A stretch of 64,000 nt of DNA from a virus (Duplodnaviria > Caudoviricetes), in IMG/VR virus record IMGVR_UViG_3300032234_000392, positions 99,264-163,263 of that record. One strand, written 5' to 3'. The notes below the pieces were generated by a model, which saw nothing but the letters and a program-made list of their open reading frames with translations, did no database searches and was not told the DNA's origin. Numbering within the stretch: the first letter of the stretch is position 1; each line of letters begins with the position of its first letter. The position numbers and the translations under genes are program-made. Positions 9,934 through 16,581 of the stretch are shown one piece after another.

Positions 9934-11069
9934 GGTTGTAACACTACCCAACCACCGTTTTGATACCCTTTGAATTTGTTTGCACCGGAATCATAATACA
10001 TCATACCGTTTACTGGAAACCCGCCAACAGCGGTGTTGGCTGCAGATTCACTGGCATAGGTTGCAAATATAACCATTCCTGTGAATTCGGAAATTCCTTT
10101 TGAATCAATAGATAATCTTTCGACTAGAGCTCCAGAGGAATCTGCAGTACTTATTGCAAGTCTTCCTGGTACAATATTTGAACCAACACTGCCATCTACG
10201 CTAGATTCAATTCTTGAACTAGGCTGAATATCTGCGGTAGATTGTCCTGCAAATACCAAACTAAAAATTTTATCATCGGTATTTAAACTTGTAAGATTAT
10301 TGGCTGTTCCTCGACTTCTAGAGAAAACAGCTCCTGATGGCAATGAATCGTCGTGTGCTGTGATGATATTGAATATATTAGCATCATCTTCTAAAGACGA
10401 TTGTGTCACAATAGTGATGCCACCTTCTGCTAAGTCTTTGTTGACAAGAATATTACCGGTAATAACACTGGTGTTGTCAACATCTCCCCTAATTAAGCCG
10501 TCAACTCCGTCGACAAGCATCATGCTGTCATCACCCACAACAGACCCTTTTACATCTCCGGTATGATATCCAACAGTATTACCTGTGACATTTCCAACAA
10601 CATTACCCGTGACATTTCCTATAACTGGACCTGTATGAATACCTGCTGAATTACCGGTTAAATTTCCTGTTACATTGCCGACTAAGTTTCCGTTAAATGT
10701 TCCACTGATTGCATCAACCAACGGTTGGCTAGCTATTGTTGATCCGTCATCTGCAAATAACGACCCTTTGAATGCGTCTGCTCTAATTGTTCCTGCATAG
10801 TTAGATAAATTAACATTTGCAGTCATTACATTAGTAGCAGTATTATAGGAAAAAGTAATACCGTTATGTGATCCGTCTGTAAAAATCTCTGCTGCTGAAT
10901 CTTTAGCGTCACCGTCAGTATAGCCAGTAATCTGTATACCACCTAGAGTGGAACCATTTCCGACATATAATTTTTGTTCGTTGGTAACATACAATAACTC
11001 ACCCGAAGCGAGTGGTTGTGTCATGGCTAATCTTTCAGCATCGGTGCCTCTGCGAACTTGTAAGGGCAT
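9930..11069 (-). CDS. tail fibre / virion structural protein
   Basis: N-terminal LQVRRGT..GEL..LYVGNG domain, GNVTG repeats, C-terminal GMMYYDS..FKGY. Confidence 0.75.
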   Translation of the reverse strand: MPLQVRRGTDAERLAMTQPLASGELLYVTNEQKLYVGNGSTLGGIQITGYTDGDAKDSAAEIFTDGSHNGITFSYNTATNVMTANVNLSNYAGTIRADAFKGSLFADDGSTIASQPLVDAISGTFNGNLVGNVTGNLTGNSAGIHTGPVIGNVTGNVVGNVTGNTVGYHTGDVKGSVVGDDSMMLVDGVDGLIRGDVDNTSVITGNILVNKDLAEGGITIVTQSSLEDDANIFNIITAHDDSLPSGAVFSRSRGTANNLTSLNTDDKIFSLVFAGQSTADIQPSSRIESSVDGSVGSNIVPGRLAISTADSSGALVERLSIDSKGISEFTGMVIFATYASESAANTAVGGFPVNGMMYYDSGANKFKGYQNGGWVVLQP

Positions 11070-11133
11070 AGTTTAAACTCCTGGAATATTCCTATATCAT
11101 ATATTTATGTCACAAGTATCAGAACCTAGAGCC

Positions 11134-11163
11134 AAAAAAATAGGGCTCCGAAGAACCCTATTT
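11134..11163. terminator. intrinsic terminator hairpin
   Basis: aaaaaaatagggctccgaagaaccctattt; U-tract on the minus strand. Confidence 0.65.
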
Positions 11164-11178
11164 AAACTGCGTAGTTTA

Positions 11179-11784
11179 CTACATTATAGGACCGTTTCCG
11201 TTCCTAAAACCCACTACACCGCCTTCTGCTGTGATACGTTTTAACACATCTTCAAACAGAATAGGTGCAAAGTCTGGAGTCTGTTCTACACATACGCAAT
11301 GGTATCTAGGGTCAATTTCGTCGCTGTACAAAATTTCACCTGTTTTAGCATCAACTCCCCTAGGCTTACGAACGCGGTTAGCGTGTAAATGCCCGTGAAT
11401 GTTAACTCCAAAACGACCTAAACTATCTGCGTGAACAGGGATGTGACTTAGAATCATGCCGTTCATGACATGATAAGCTCGTAATTCACGGAAGTATTCA
11501 CGATACTCGTCATCACGGAAAATATCGTGATTGCCACGAATCAAGACCTTGTCACCATTAAGACGACTTAGAGTTTTTAAAGCCTTGCGGTTAATAACCA
11601 CATCACCTAAGTGGTAAACTTTGTCGTTTGGACGAACACGTTCGTTCCAAGCTGCGATCATAGCTTCGTCCATTTTCGTAGGATCGTCCCAAGGCCGCAA
11701 TTTTGTAACTCCGTCATTTCGAGTGAAGCGGCAGACGCCGGTGTGTCCGAAATGCGTGTCTGATACTAAAAATACACTAGGCAT
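11179..11784 (-). CDS. calcineurin-like metallophosphoesterase
   Basis: SDTHFGH, HLGD, GNHD, HGHLH; start moved to MPSVF (AGGAG upstream) because the longer ORF runs into a tRNA. Confidence 0.9.
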   Translation of the reverse strand: MPSVFLVSDTHFGHTGVCRFTRNDGVTKLRPWDDPTKMDEAMIAAWNERVRPNDKVYHLGDVVINRKALKTLSRLNGDKVLIRGNHDIFRDDEYREYFRELRAYHVMNGMILSHIPVHADSLGRFGVNIHGHLHANRVRKPRGVDAKTGEILYSDEIDPRYHCVCVEQTPDFAPILFEDVLKRITAEGGVVGFRNGNGPIM

Positions 11785-11811
11785 CTTGCCCTCCTTTCTT
11801 TGAAAAATGTT

Positions 11812-11886
11812 TGGCCCGGCTGCCAGGACTCGAACCTGGATCAATAGCTTAGAAGGCTACTGTACTATCCCTTGTACTACAGCCAG
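11812..11886 (-). tRNA. tRNA-Arg(UCU)
   Basis: cloverleaf, loop CTTCTAA, GGTTCGAG, encoded CCA. Confidence 0.93.
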
Positions 11887-11900
11887 TTAATTTTATTATA

Positions 11901-12479
11901 CTATAGAACGTATTCTACGTCAACCGCTAAGATAAATCTATAATCGTGACTTTGCACGATACCCGGACGATGCCATTGGTTGCTAGGATATATTACCCAG
12001 TTGCCGTCTGTGGGTCGAACAAAAAACTTACCATCTCCGTCAACACCGTTTGGTGCCATTTCTGTGCCACAGTAGTCTCGGTCTTTGACATCCTTAGGAA
12101 TGTGCAGATAAAATACTCCGCTCATCATTTTAGCATTAGGATTTTGTGGATGCCAGTGATTATGCCAAAGATTATCACGGTTTTCGGCACCCTCAAGATT
12201 GGTCATAAAACTCCATGCCATCATGTTTGATACTCTAACTTCACGACCTAGATACATAAACACACTCATAAGAAAACTCATACGGTACTTTAACCATACG
12301 GATTCAGTTCTTGCGAAAATATTTTCTTTAGTTTGAAACTTAGGAGAGTTGGTAAAATAATTACCTTCACTGACAATATTACGAATGATTCTGCAGGCTT
12401 CTTGATTGTCTTGTTCTGTAATTACTGAACTAAAATCAAACTTACGAAATACTGCATCTTGATCAATTACTGTTAACAT
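11901..12479 (-). CDS. putative 2OG-Fe(II) oxygenase
   Basis: WHNH, MSGVFYLHIP, IYPSNQWHRP. Confidence 0.55.
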   Translation of the reverse strand: MLTVIDQDAVFRKFDFSSVITEQDNQEACRIIRNIVSEGNYFTNSPKFQTKENIFARTESVWLKYRMSFLMSVFMYLGREVRVSNMMAWSFMTNLEGAENRDNLWHNHWHPQNPNAKMMSGVFYLHIPKDVKDRDYCGTEMAPNGVDGDGKFFVRPTDGNWVIYPSNQWHRPGIVQSHDYRFILAVDVEYVL

Positions 12480-12487
12480 TGTGTCCT

Positions 12488-12561
12488 TGGAGCGGGATAG
12501 GAGAATCGAACTCCTAACCGAAGATTGGAAATCTGCTGTTTTACCATTAAACTAATCCCGC
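12488..12561 (-). tRNA. tRNA-Gly(UCC)
   Basis: GCGGGAT acceptor, loop TTTCCAA, TCCA end. Confidence 0.92.
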
Positions 12562-12571
12562 ATAAAACTAT

Positions 12572-12754
12572 TTACTCATCCTCTTCTGGCGGTACAGCCA
12601 AAGGTGATGTTGAAGGCTTTTTCTTAGACCATTGACTGTAGCTGGCGCCTTCTGCTCGACCACTAACACCATATTCACATTGTGTGATCTTTCCACCGTT
12701 GGCTAAAAACTCTGCCACCGCAGCATCTACTTCAGCTTGATCATTTTTACTCAT
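12572..12754 (-). CDS. small hypothetical phage protein
   Basis: EFLANGGKITQC motif common in small phage proteins. Confidence 0.6.
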   Translation of the reverse strand: MSKNDQAEVDAAVAEFLANGGKITQCEYGVSGRAEGASYSQWSKKKPSTSPLAVPPEEDE

Positions 12755-12773
12755 GTTTACCTTTTGTTATAAT

Positions 12774-12847
12774 TGGTTGCGGGACCCGGAATCGAACCAG
12801 GAACTACAGCTTATGAGACTGTCGAGATACCGTTTCTCTATCCCGCG
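12774..12847 (-). tRNA. tRNA-Met(CAU), initiator-like acceptor stem
   Basis: CGCGGGA...TCCCGCAACCA (C1:A72 mismatch), loop CTCATAA. Confidence 0.88.
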
Positions 12848-12854
12848 ATTGTTC

Positions 12855-13430
12855 TTACAGTAAGCCTTCTGCTGTTAGTGTTGCTACAGTATCATCACCG
12901 AGCGGAATCTCAGTTTTGATATTCAACTCAAGGATTTCGTCGTTGAGTTTTTGTTTCTGCTTCTTGAGATTTAGGATCTCAGTTTTAGCTTGTGCAATCT
13001 GTTCTTTGCTTAAAATACCTGTGCTAACAGTATCACTATAACCGTAAAGACTGCGACGATTATTGTCACCTTTGTCGTTTTTCATCTTTTCCAACTTGCC
13101 TTTGATTACTTCTAGTGAAGTAATTTCTGTGCCTCCGGCCAACTGCTCTAACTGACCAATACGCTTGTCAATAAACGCCGCCTTGGCCAATGCTGTGTCA
13201 ATACCGCTGGCTGCATTAGCAGTGCCTACTAGGGCTCGGATATTGTATAGAGCCATAGTCAAGTTCTGCCTACGGCCATCATTTACAATCAGTTCATTGT
13301 TGGCCTTACTGAGTGTGTCCTCAACATTTTGAAACTCGTTAATCTCAACTGTGAGGTCAACTCGAATATTTTTTACTGTTTCGTTGATGCTGTTTTGTAC
13401 AGCATTTGCTTTACGAAGGGTAATGTTCAT
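12855..13430 (-). CDS. coiled-coil hypothetical protein
   Basis: 191-aa ORF overlapping the rpoZ stop (ATGA). Confidence 0.7.
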   Translation of the reverse strand: MNITLRKANAVQNSINETVKNIRVDLTVEINEFQNVEDTLSKANNELIVNDGRRQNLTMALYNIRALVGTANAASGIDTALAKAAFIDKRIGQLEQLAGGTEITSLEVIKGKLEKMKNDKGDNNRRSLYGYSDTVSTGILSKEQIAQAKTEILNLKKQKQKLNDEILELNIKTEIPLGDDTVATLTAEGLL

Positions 13431-13642
13431 TTACGTTTTCCTACTAGTGTTTTTAGATAATCTTCTTTAGTATAATGTCCGTCTTCTATTTCTTTTAATG
13501 CTGACACTACAGGGCCATGTCCAGGTTCTGCCTTTGTAGGAGAACCACGTCTAATTTCTCTAGCACGTTGACTAGCAACTAATACTAGATCAAATAATCC
13601 ACCTGCTGCGATTGCTGCTTTTTGCGATGTAATCCTGGCCAT
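13427..13642 (-). CDS. rpoZ: RNA polymerase omega subunit
   Basis: MARIT...FDLVLVASQRAREI...ALKEIEDG matches RpoZ. Confidence 0.88.
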   Translation of the reverse strand: MARITSQKAAIAAGGLFDLVLVASQRAREIRRGSPTKAEPGHGPVVSALKEIEDGHYTKEDYLKTLVGKRK

Positions 13643-13662
13643 GTCTAATCCTTTAAGTTATA

Positions 13663-13926
13663 AGTGACGGTTTGGTAAAAGGTCAAGCAATAGACCGGAC
13701 AATGAACAACGAAAGAATTATAGTCTTTCTTTGACAATGTGCAAATAACAATACACAGAGGTTCATATATTTCCGATTAACAAATGACATTCTATTAGGG
13801 ATCGGCTCACATAAACACGGTCCAATTTCAAGTTGGATTGTAAGTTTGGAGTAAGCATGAAGCTTAAACCTGTGTGTCTATCCTCGTCTACCTTTTACTT
13901 CACCGGTTCAGTATTGCTACCGAACA
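13663..13926 (-). ncRNA. candidate ~265-nt structured RNA upstream of rpoZ
   Basis: own consensus promoter; GCAA-tetraloop 5' hairpin; nested long-range helices GTAAAAGGT/ACCTTTTAC, ATAGAC/GTCTAT, ACACAG/CTGTGT. Confidence 0.6.
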
Positions 13927-13931
13927 AAACT

Positions 13932-13960
13932 ATTATAACACTATTTTGCGTCTGTGTCAA
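13932..13960 (-). promoter_or_regulatory. sigma70-type promoter
   Basis: TTGACA-N17-TATAAT. Confidence 0.85.
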
Positions 13961-13976
13961 GACTTTTTGGTATTAT

Positions 13977-14052
13977 TGGCTCCGATTCCTGGATTCGAAC
14001 CAGGCTTCACGGATTAACAGTCCGCCGCCTTCACCTAGATTGCTCAATCGGA
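13977..14052 (-). tRNA. tRNA-Asn(GUU)
   Basis: loop CTGTTAA, GCCA end. Confidence 0.92.
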
Positions 14053-14059
14053 ATTATTT

Positions 14060-14141
14060 TGGTGCCCCCGGGGTGAATCGAACACCCTTTTCTTTCGAGC
14101 CTGATTACAAATCAGGTGCAATCCCACTATGCGACAGGGGC
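14060..14141 (-). tRNA. tRNA-Thr(UGU) with enlarged variable region
   Basis: GCCCCTG acceptor, CCTGA-TTTGTAA-TCAGG, ACCA end. Confidence 0.85.
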
Positions 14142-14149
14142 ATACTTCT

Positions 14150-14347
14150 TTACTCTGCTACTGTTTCTTCTACTACCGCAGGAGCAACATAACCTAATCG
14201 TGTTAGACGACTGTTGATTTTAGCAATAAGTTTTTTCTTACTGGATTTTTCTCGAGCATCTAACAACTGTTTAATATTTAATGAAACTACCTTGATCTCC
14301 CCTGCCTTTGTGAAGCCAGGTTTCTTACGTTGTAAATTTTTTGCCAT
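14150..14347 (-). CDS. small basic hypothetical protein
   Basis: GAGGA RBS, 65 aa, lies between tRNAs. Confidence 0.65.
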   Translation of the reverse strand: MAKNLQRKKPGFTKAGEIKVVSLNIKQLLDAREKSSKKKLIAKINSRLTRLGYVAPAVVEETVAE

Positions 14348-14366
14348 ACTATCCTCTTATGTTATT

Positions 14367-14442
14367 TGGTGGAGGTTAGGAGATTCGAACTCCTCGCCTA
14401 TTGCTTGCAAAGCAATTGCTCTACCAAATGAGCTAAACCCCC
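14367..14442 (-). tRNA. tRNA-Ala(UGC)
   Basis: GGGGGTT acceptor with G3:U70, loop TTTGCAA. Confidence 0.94.
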
Positions 14443-14448
14443 AAATAC

Positions 14449-14622
14449 TTAACCTTTGTTGCTGTCTTTTTGTCGCGGTGCTCTTGACGGTACTGCCGCA
14501 GCTAATTCTGCTTGAATCATTGAGCGACGCCATGAGTCACGTTGATCTTTGTCTTTCCATAGTCCTAGTGCTAGACTGCGTTTTGCCTGTTTACTTAATT
14601 TAAATGTTGCATTTGCTTTCAT
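14449..14622 (-). CDS. 57-aa hypothetical protein (MKANATFKLSKQAKR...), not in the ORF track
   Basis: GAGGA RBS; ORF fills the gap between two tRNAs. Confidence 0.65.
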   Translation of the reverse strand: MKANATFKLSKQAKRSLALGLWKDKDQRDSWRRSMIQAELAAAVPSRAPRQKDSNKG

Positions 14623-14640
14623 AATTTCCTCTCAGTTAAA

Positions 14641-14733
14641 TGGCGGAGCATGTTGGATTCGAACCAACGGTCCAGGTTATCCCCAGACTCTTTCTTAGCA
14701 GGAAAGTGCCTTAAGCCTCTCGGCCAATGCTCC
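14641..14733 (-). tRNA. tRNA-Ser(GCU)
   Basis: GGAG acceptor, loop CTGCTAA, long variable arm, GCCA. Confidence 0.93.
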
Positions 14734-14898
14734 ATTAGTTGATAGTACTCGCCGTCTATGACAACGTGTCTATTTAGGAGTCCTGCGCTAACAGTTCCAA
14801 AGCATCTAACAACAGTTATATCAGACTTCGCACCATGCCAGTGGATGTCGTGTAGCGTATGCGTCCATACGCGATACCTGCCGAGTGCTATCAACTAA
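14734..14898 (-). ncRNA. candidate ~165-nt rod-like RNA between tRNA-Leu and tRNA-Ser
   Basis: 18-bp terminal inverted repeat with one mismatch, abutting both tRNAs; internal hairpins. Confidence 0.6.
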
Positions 14899-14981
14899 TG
14901 GTGCCCCAGGACGGACTCGAACCGTCACGCTTGCGCACTGGCTTCTAAGACCAGCGTGTCTACCAATTCCACCACCAGGGC
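14899..14981 (-). tRNA. tRNA-Leu(UAG)
   Basis: GGTAGACAC D-loop, loop CTTAGAA, variable arm. Confidence 0.94.
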
Positions 14982-15003
14982 ATATTTCTTTCTTACAAAG
15001 TAT

Positions 15004-15032
15004 ATTATATAGCCTTTCATCTACTATGTCAA
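15004..15032 (-). promoter_or_regulatory. sigma70-type promoter inside the tRNA array
   Basis: TTGACA-N17-TATAAT. Confidence 0.85.
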
Positions 15033-15041
15033 CACTTATTT

Positions 15042-15133
15042 TGGTACCAGCGGAGGGAATCGAACCCTCTCAAGAACGCTAATCTGGCGCTAAAAGTCTT
15101 ATAAGGACTCTCTGACTACCAAGTCTCACTGGC
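15042..15133 (-). tRNA. atypical tRNA with UAU anticodon (nominal Ile) and long variable arm
   Basis: loop CTTATAA, T-arm GAGGG-TTCGATT-CCCTC, ACCA; 4-nt D-loop, extended anticodon stem. Confidence 0.8.
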
Positions 15134-15139
15134 ATTGAT

Positions 15140-15214
15140 TGGCCGGTCCGGAGAGATTCGAACTCCCGACAGCTGGTTTCGAAGACCAGAACTCTTCCAC
15201 TGAGCTACGGACCG
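15140..15214 (-). tRNA. tRNA-Arg(UCG)
   Basis: loop CTTCGAA, GCCA end. Confidence 0.92.
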
Positions 15215-15215
15215 A

Positions 15216-15305
15216 TGGCGGAAGCGGTGAGATTCGAACTCACGGTGCCTTGCGACACGACAGTTTTCAAGACTGCTGCCTTAAACCAGACTCAGCCACA
15301 CTTCC
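15216..15305 (-). tRNA. tRNA-Ser(UGA)
   Basis: loop CTTGAAA, long variable arm, GCCA. Confidence 0.94.
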
Positions 15306-15312
15306 TTATTTT

Positions 15313-15395
15313 TGGTACCCCAGACGGGAGTCGAACCCGCAACTAGTCTGTCTCTTGAACAGATGCGTCTACCTAGTATTTTGCGCCACTGGGGC
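15313..15395 (-). tRNA. atypical Leu-like tRNA (anticodon CAA or AAG)
   Basis: GCCCCAG/CTGGGGT-ACCA, GGTAGACGC D-loop; anticodon arm TCTGT-TCAAGAG-ACAGA; no long variable arm. Confidence 0.7.
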
Positions 15396-15401
15396 ATAGC
15401 T

Positions 15402-15475
15402 TGGAGCGGGTAGCGAGAATCGAACTCGCGAATAAACCTTGGCAAGGTTTCAGGTTACCATTACATCATACCCGC
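15402..15475 (-). tRNA. tRNA-Gly(GCC)
   Basis: loop TTGCCAA, TCCA end. Confidence 0.93.
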
Positions 15476-15481
15476 ATTGTT

Positions 15482-15559
15482 TGGAGTGAAGGGTCGGATT
15501 CGAACCGACGGCTTTAGAGTTTTGCAGACTCTTGCATTGGGCCTCTCTGCCACCTTCAC
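15482..15559 (-). tRNA. tRNA-Cys(GCA)
   Basis: loop CTGCAAA, U73-CCA. Confidence 0.92.
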
Positions 15560-15561
15560 GT

Positions 15562-15635
15562 TGGCGAATCTCCAGGGAATCGAACCCCGATCTGCGGTTT
15601 TGGAGACCGATGTAATGCCATTATACCAGAGACTC
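15562..15635 (-). tRNA. tRNA-Trp(CCA)
   Basis: loop CTCCAAA, GCCA end. Confidence 0.92.
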
Positions 15636-15639
15636 ATAT

Positions 15640-15714
15640 TGGTACACCTAAGGAGAATCGAACTCCTCTTCCCGCCGTGAAAGGGCGGTGTCCTAACCGA
15701 TAGACGATAGGTGC
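15640..15714 (-). tRNA. tRNA-Glu(UUC)
   Basis: loop CTTTCAC, GGTTAGGAC D-arm. Confidence 0.94.
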
Positions 15715-15722
15715 ATAAAACT

Positions 15723-15799
15723 TGGCGGAGTAGACGGGACTCGAACCCGCGACCCTCGGCGTGACAGGCCGATATTCTAACCAACTGAACTACCACTCC
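15723..15799 (-). tRNA. tRNA-Asp(GUC)
   Basis: GGAG acceptor, loop CTGTCAC, GCCA. Confidence 0.95.
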
Positions 15800-15807
15800 A
15801 TACAACT

Positions 15808-15836
15808 ATTATAACAGCAAATGACGCTGCTGTCAA
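15808..15836 (-). promoter_or_regulatory. sigma70-type promoter inside the tRNA array
   Basis: TTGACA-N17-TATAAT. Confidence 0.85.
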
Positions 15837-15843
15837 CCTTTTT

Positions 15844-15928
15844 TGGTGCGACTGGCCAGAATCGAACTGGCATGGATTGCTCCGCAAGATTTTAAGTCTT
15901 GTGTGTCTACCGATTTCACCACAGTCGC
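15844..15928 (-). tRNA. tRNA-Leu(UAA)
   Basis: loop CTTAAAA, variable arm, ACCA. Confidence 0.94.
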
Positions 15929-15934
15929 AAATTC

Positions 15935-16019
15935 TGGTGGAGATGATAAGAATCGAACTTATTCACCCGAAGGAACAGATTTACAGTCTGCCGCCACTCT
16001 CCAACTTAGCCGCATCTCC
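15935..16019 (-). tRNA. tRNA-Tyr(GUA)
   Basis: loop CTGTAAA, variable arm, ACCA. Confidence 0.93.
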
Positions 16020-16020
16020 G

Positions 16021-16178
16021 AATCACACTCTTAAGAATGTGTGTATCAAAGCATACTCAAACGAATACGCTTTGGTACGCTGTAATTTTTCACACTACAA
16101 AAAGTGCTTCATCCTACAGGCCGCCCGTTCGTCCATGTTTAGAGTGCAGACTGGGACCTCGTTTCCCTTACACACTTT
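16021..16178 (-). ncRNA. candidate structured RNA immediately 5' of tRNA-Tyr
   Basis: GTGTGTA/TACACAC closing helix, GGGA-AACGAGG-TCCC, CTGTAG/TTACAG, ~16-bp GTACCAAAGCGTATTC hairpin. Confidence 0.5.
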
Positions 16179-16181
16179 GTA

Positions 16182-16346
16182 CTAATTTACGCTAAAGGTT
16201 GGTGATTTTAACACCGCCTTCTGATATATCTTAGCACGATCAAACTTATCTTGAATAAGTTTTTGAAGTTGCTCTTTGGTAAGAACATTTTCATAAGCCT
16301 GCTCAACGACACGTTCATTTAATTTTTCGTAATCTATCTGTTTCAT
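16182..16346 (-). CDS. 54-aa hypothetical protein (MKQIDYEKLNERVVE...), first gene after the attenuator
   Basis: AAAGGA RBS; not in the ORF track. Confidence 0.65.
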   Translation of the reverse strand: MKQIDYEKLNERVVEQAYENVLTKEQLQKLIQDKFDRAKIYQKAVLKSPTFSVN

Positions 16347-16358
16347 TTTGTCCTTTAT

Positions 16359-16393
16359 AAAACAAAAAACCCCAGGTTTTAATCCTAGGGTCC
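16359..16393 (-). terminator. intrinsic terminator (attenuator 3:4 hairpin)
   Basis: GGACCCTAGG-ATTAAAA-CCTGGGG-TTTTTTGTTTT. Confidence 0.85.
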
Positions 16394-16446
16394 TTGAAGT
16401 TTATGTTTAGTTATTTGTTAACTGTACACGATCTCCTTGGACCCTA
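16386..16446 (-). promoter_or_regulatory. putative antiterminator helix
   Basis: TAGGGTCC-AA-GGAG (16433-16446) pairs with CTTC-AA-GGACCCTA (16386-16399), sequestering the terminator 5' arm. Confidence 0.7.
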
Positions 16447-16561
16447 CACGTAGTAAACGATCATTTGTCACACTTGATTCAATCGCATACCAGCAAGAAG
16501 GCATCACGCCGCCTAGCTTGGCTATGGATATTGAATCTTGTGTATGATATGTCGTTTGCAT
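16418..16561 (-). CDS. 47-aa putative attenuator leader peptide MQTTYHTQDSISIAKLGGVMPSCWYAIESSVTNDRLLRVGSKEIVYS
   Basis: AGGA RBS just downstream of a consensus promoter; stop codon lies inside the antiterminator. Confidence 0.7.
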   Translation of the reverse strand: MQTTYHTQDSISIAKLGGVMPSCWYAIESSVTNDRLLRVGSKEIVYS

Positions 16562-16581
16562 CTGTTTCCTAAGTAAGTACA

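Noticed and set aside
11812-14981. Possible amber suppressor tRNAs or stop-codon recoding (CTA/TAG words in anticodon arms)
   Set aside because: Loop centring gives Arg(UCU) and Leu(UAG); conserved genes translate full-length in the standard code and TAG is used as a stop
16021-16178. Hammerhead or theta ribozyme call (GATGA...GAAA words next to a tRNA)
   Set aside because: No intact CUGANGA core, and it lies 5' rather than 3' of the tRNA; kept only as an unclassified structured RNA
13833-16185. ORF-track entries overlapping the tRNA array (13833, 14214, 14619, 14885, 15139, 15461, 15477, 15843, 15877)
   Set aside because: They are translations of tRNA/ncRNA sequence or its antisense and are better explained by the RNA genes
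16418-16561. Leader codons Gly-Cys-Trp-Glu-Asp-Leu(TTA)-Tyr appear in the reverse order of the tRNA genes
   Set aside because: Post hoc choice among repeated codons; could be chance and there is no mechanism for it
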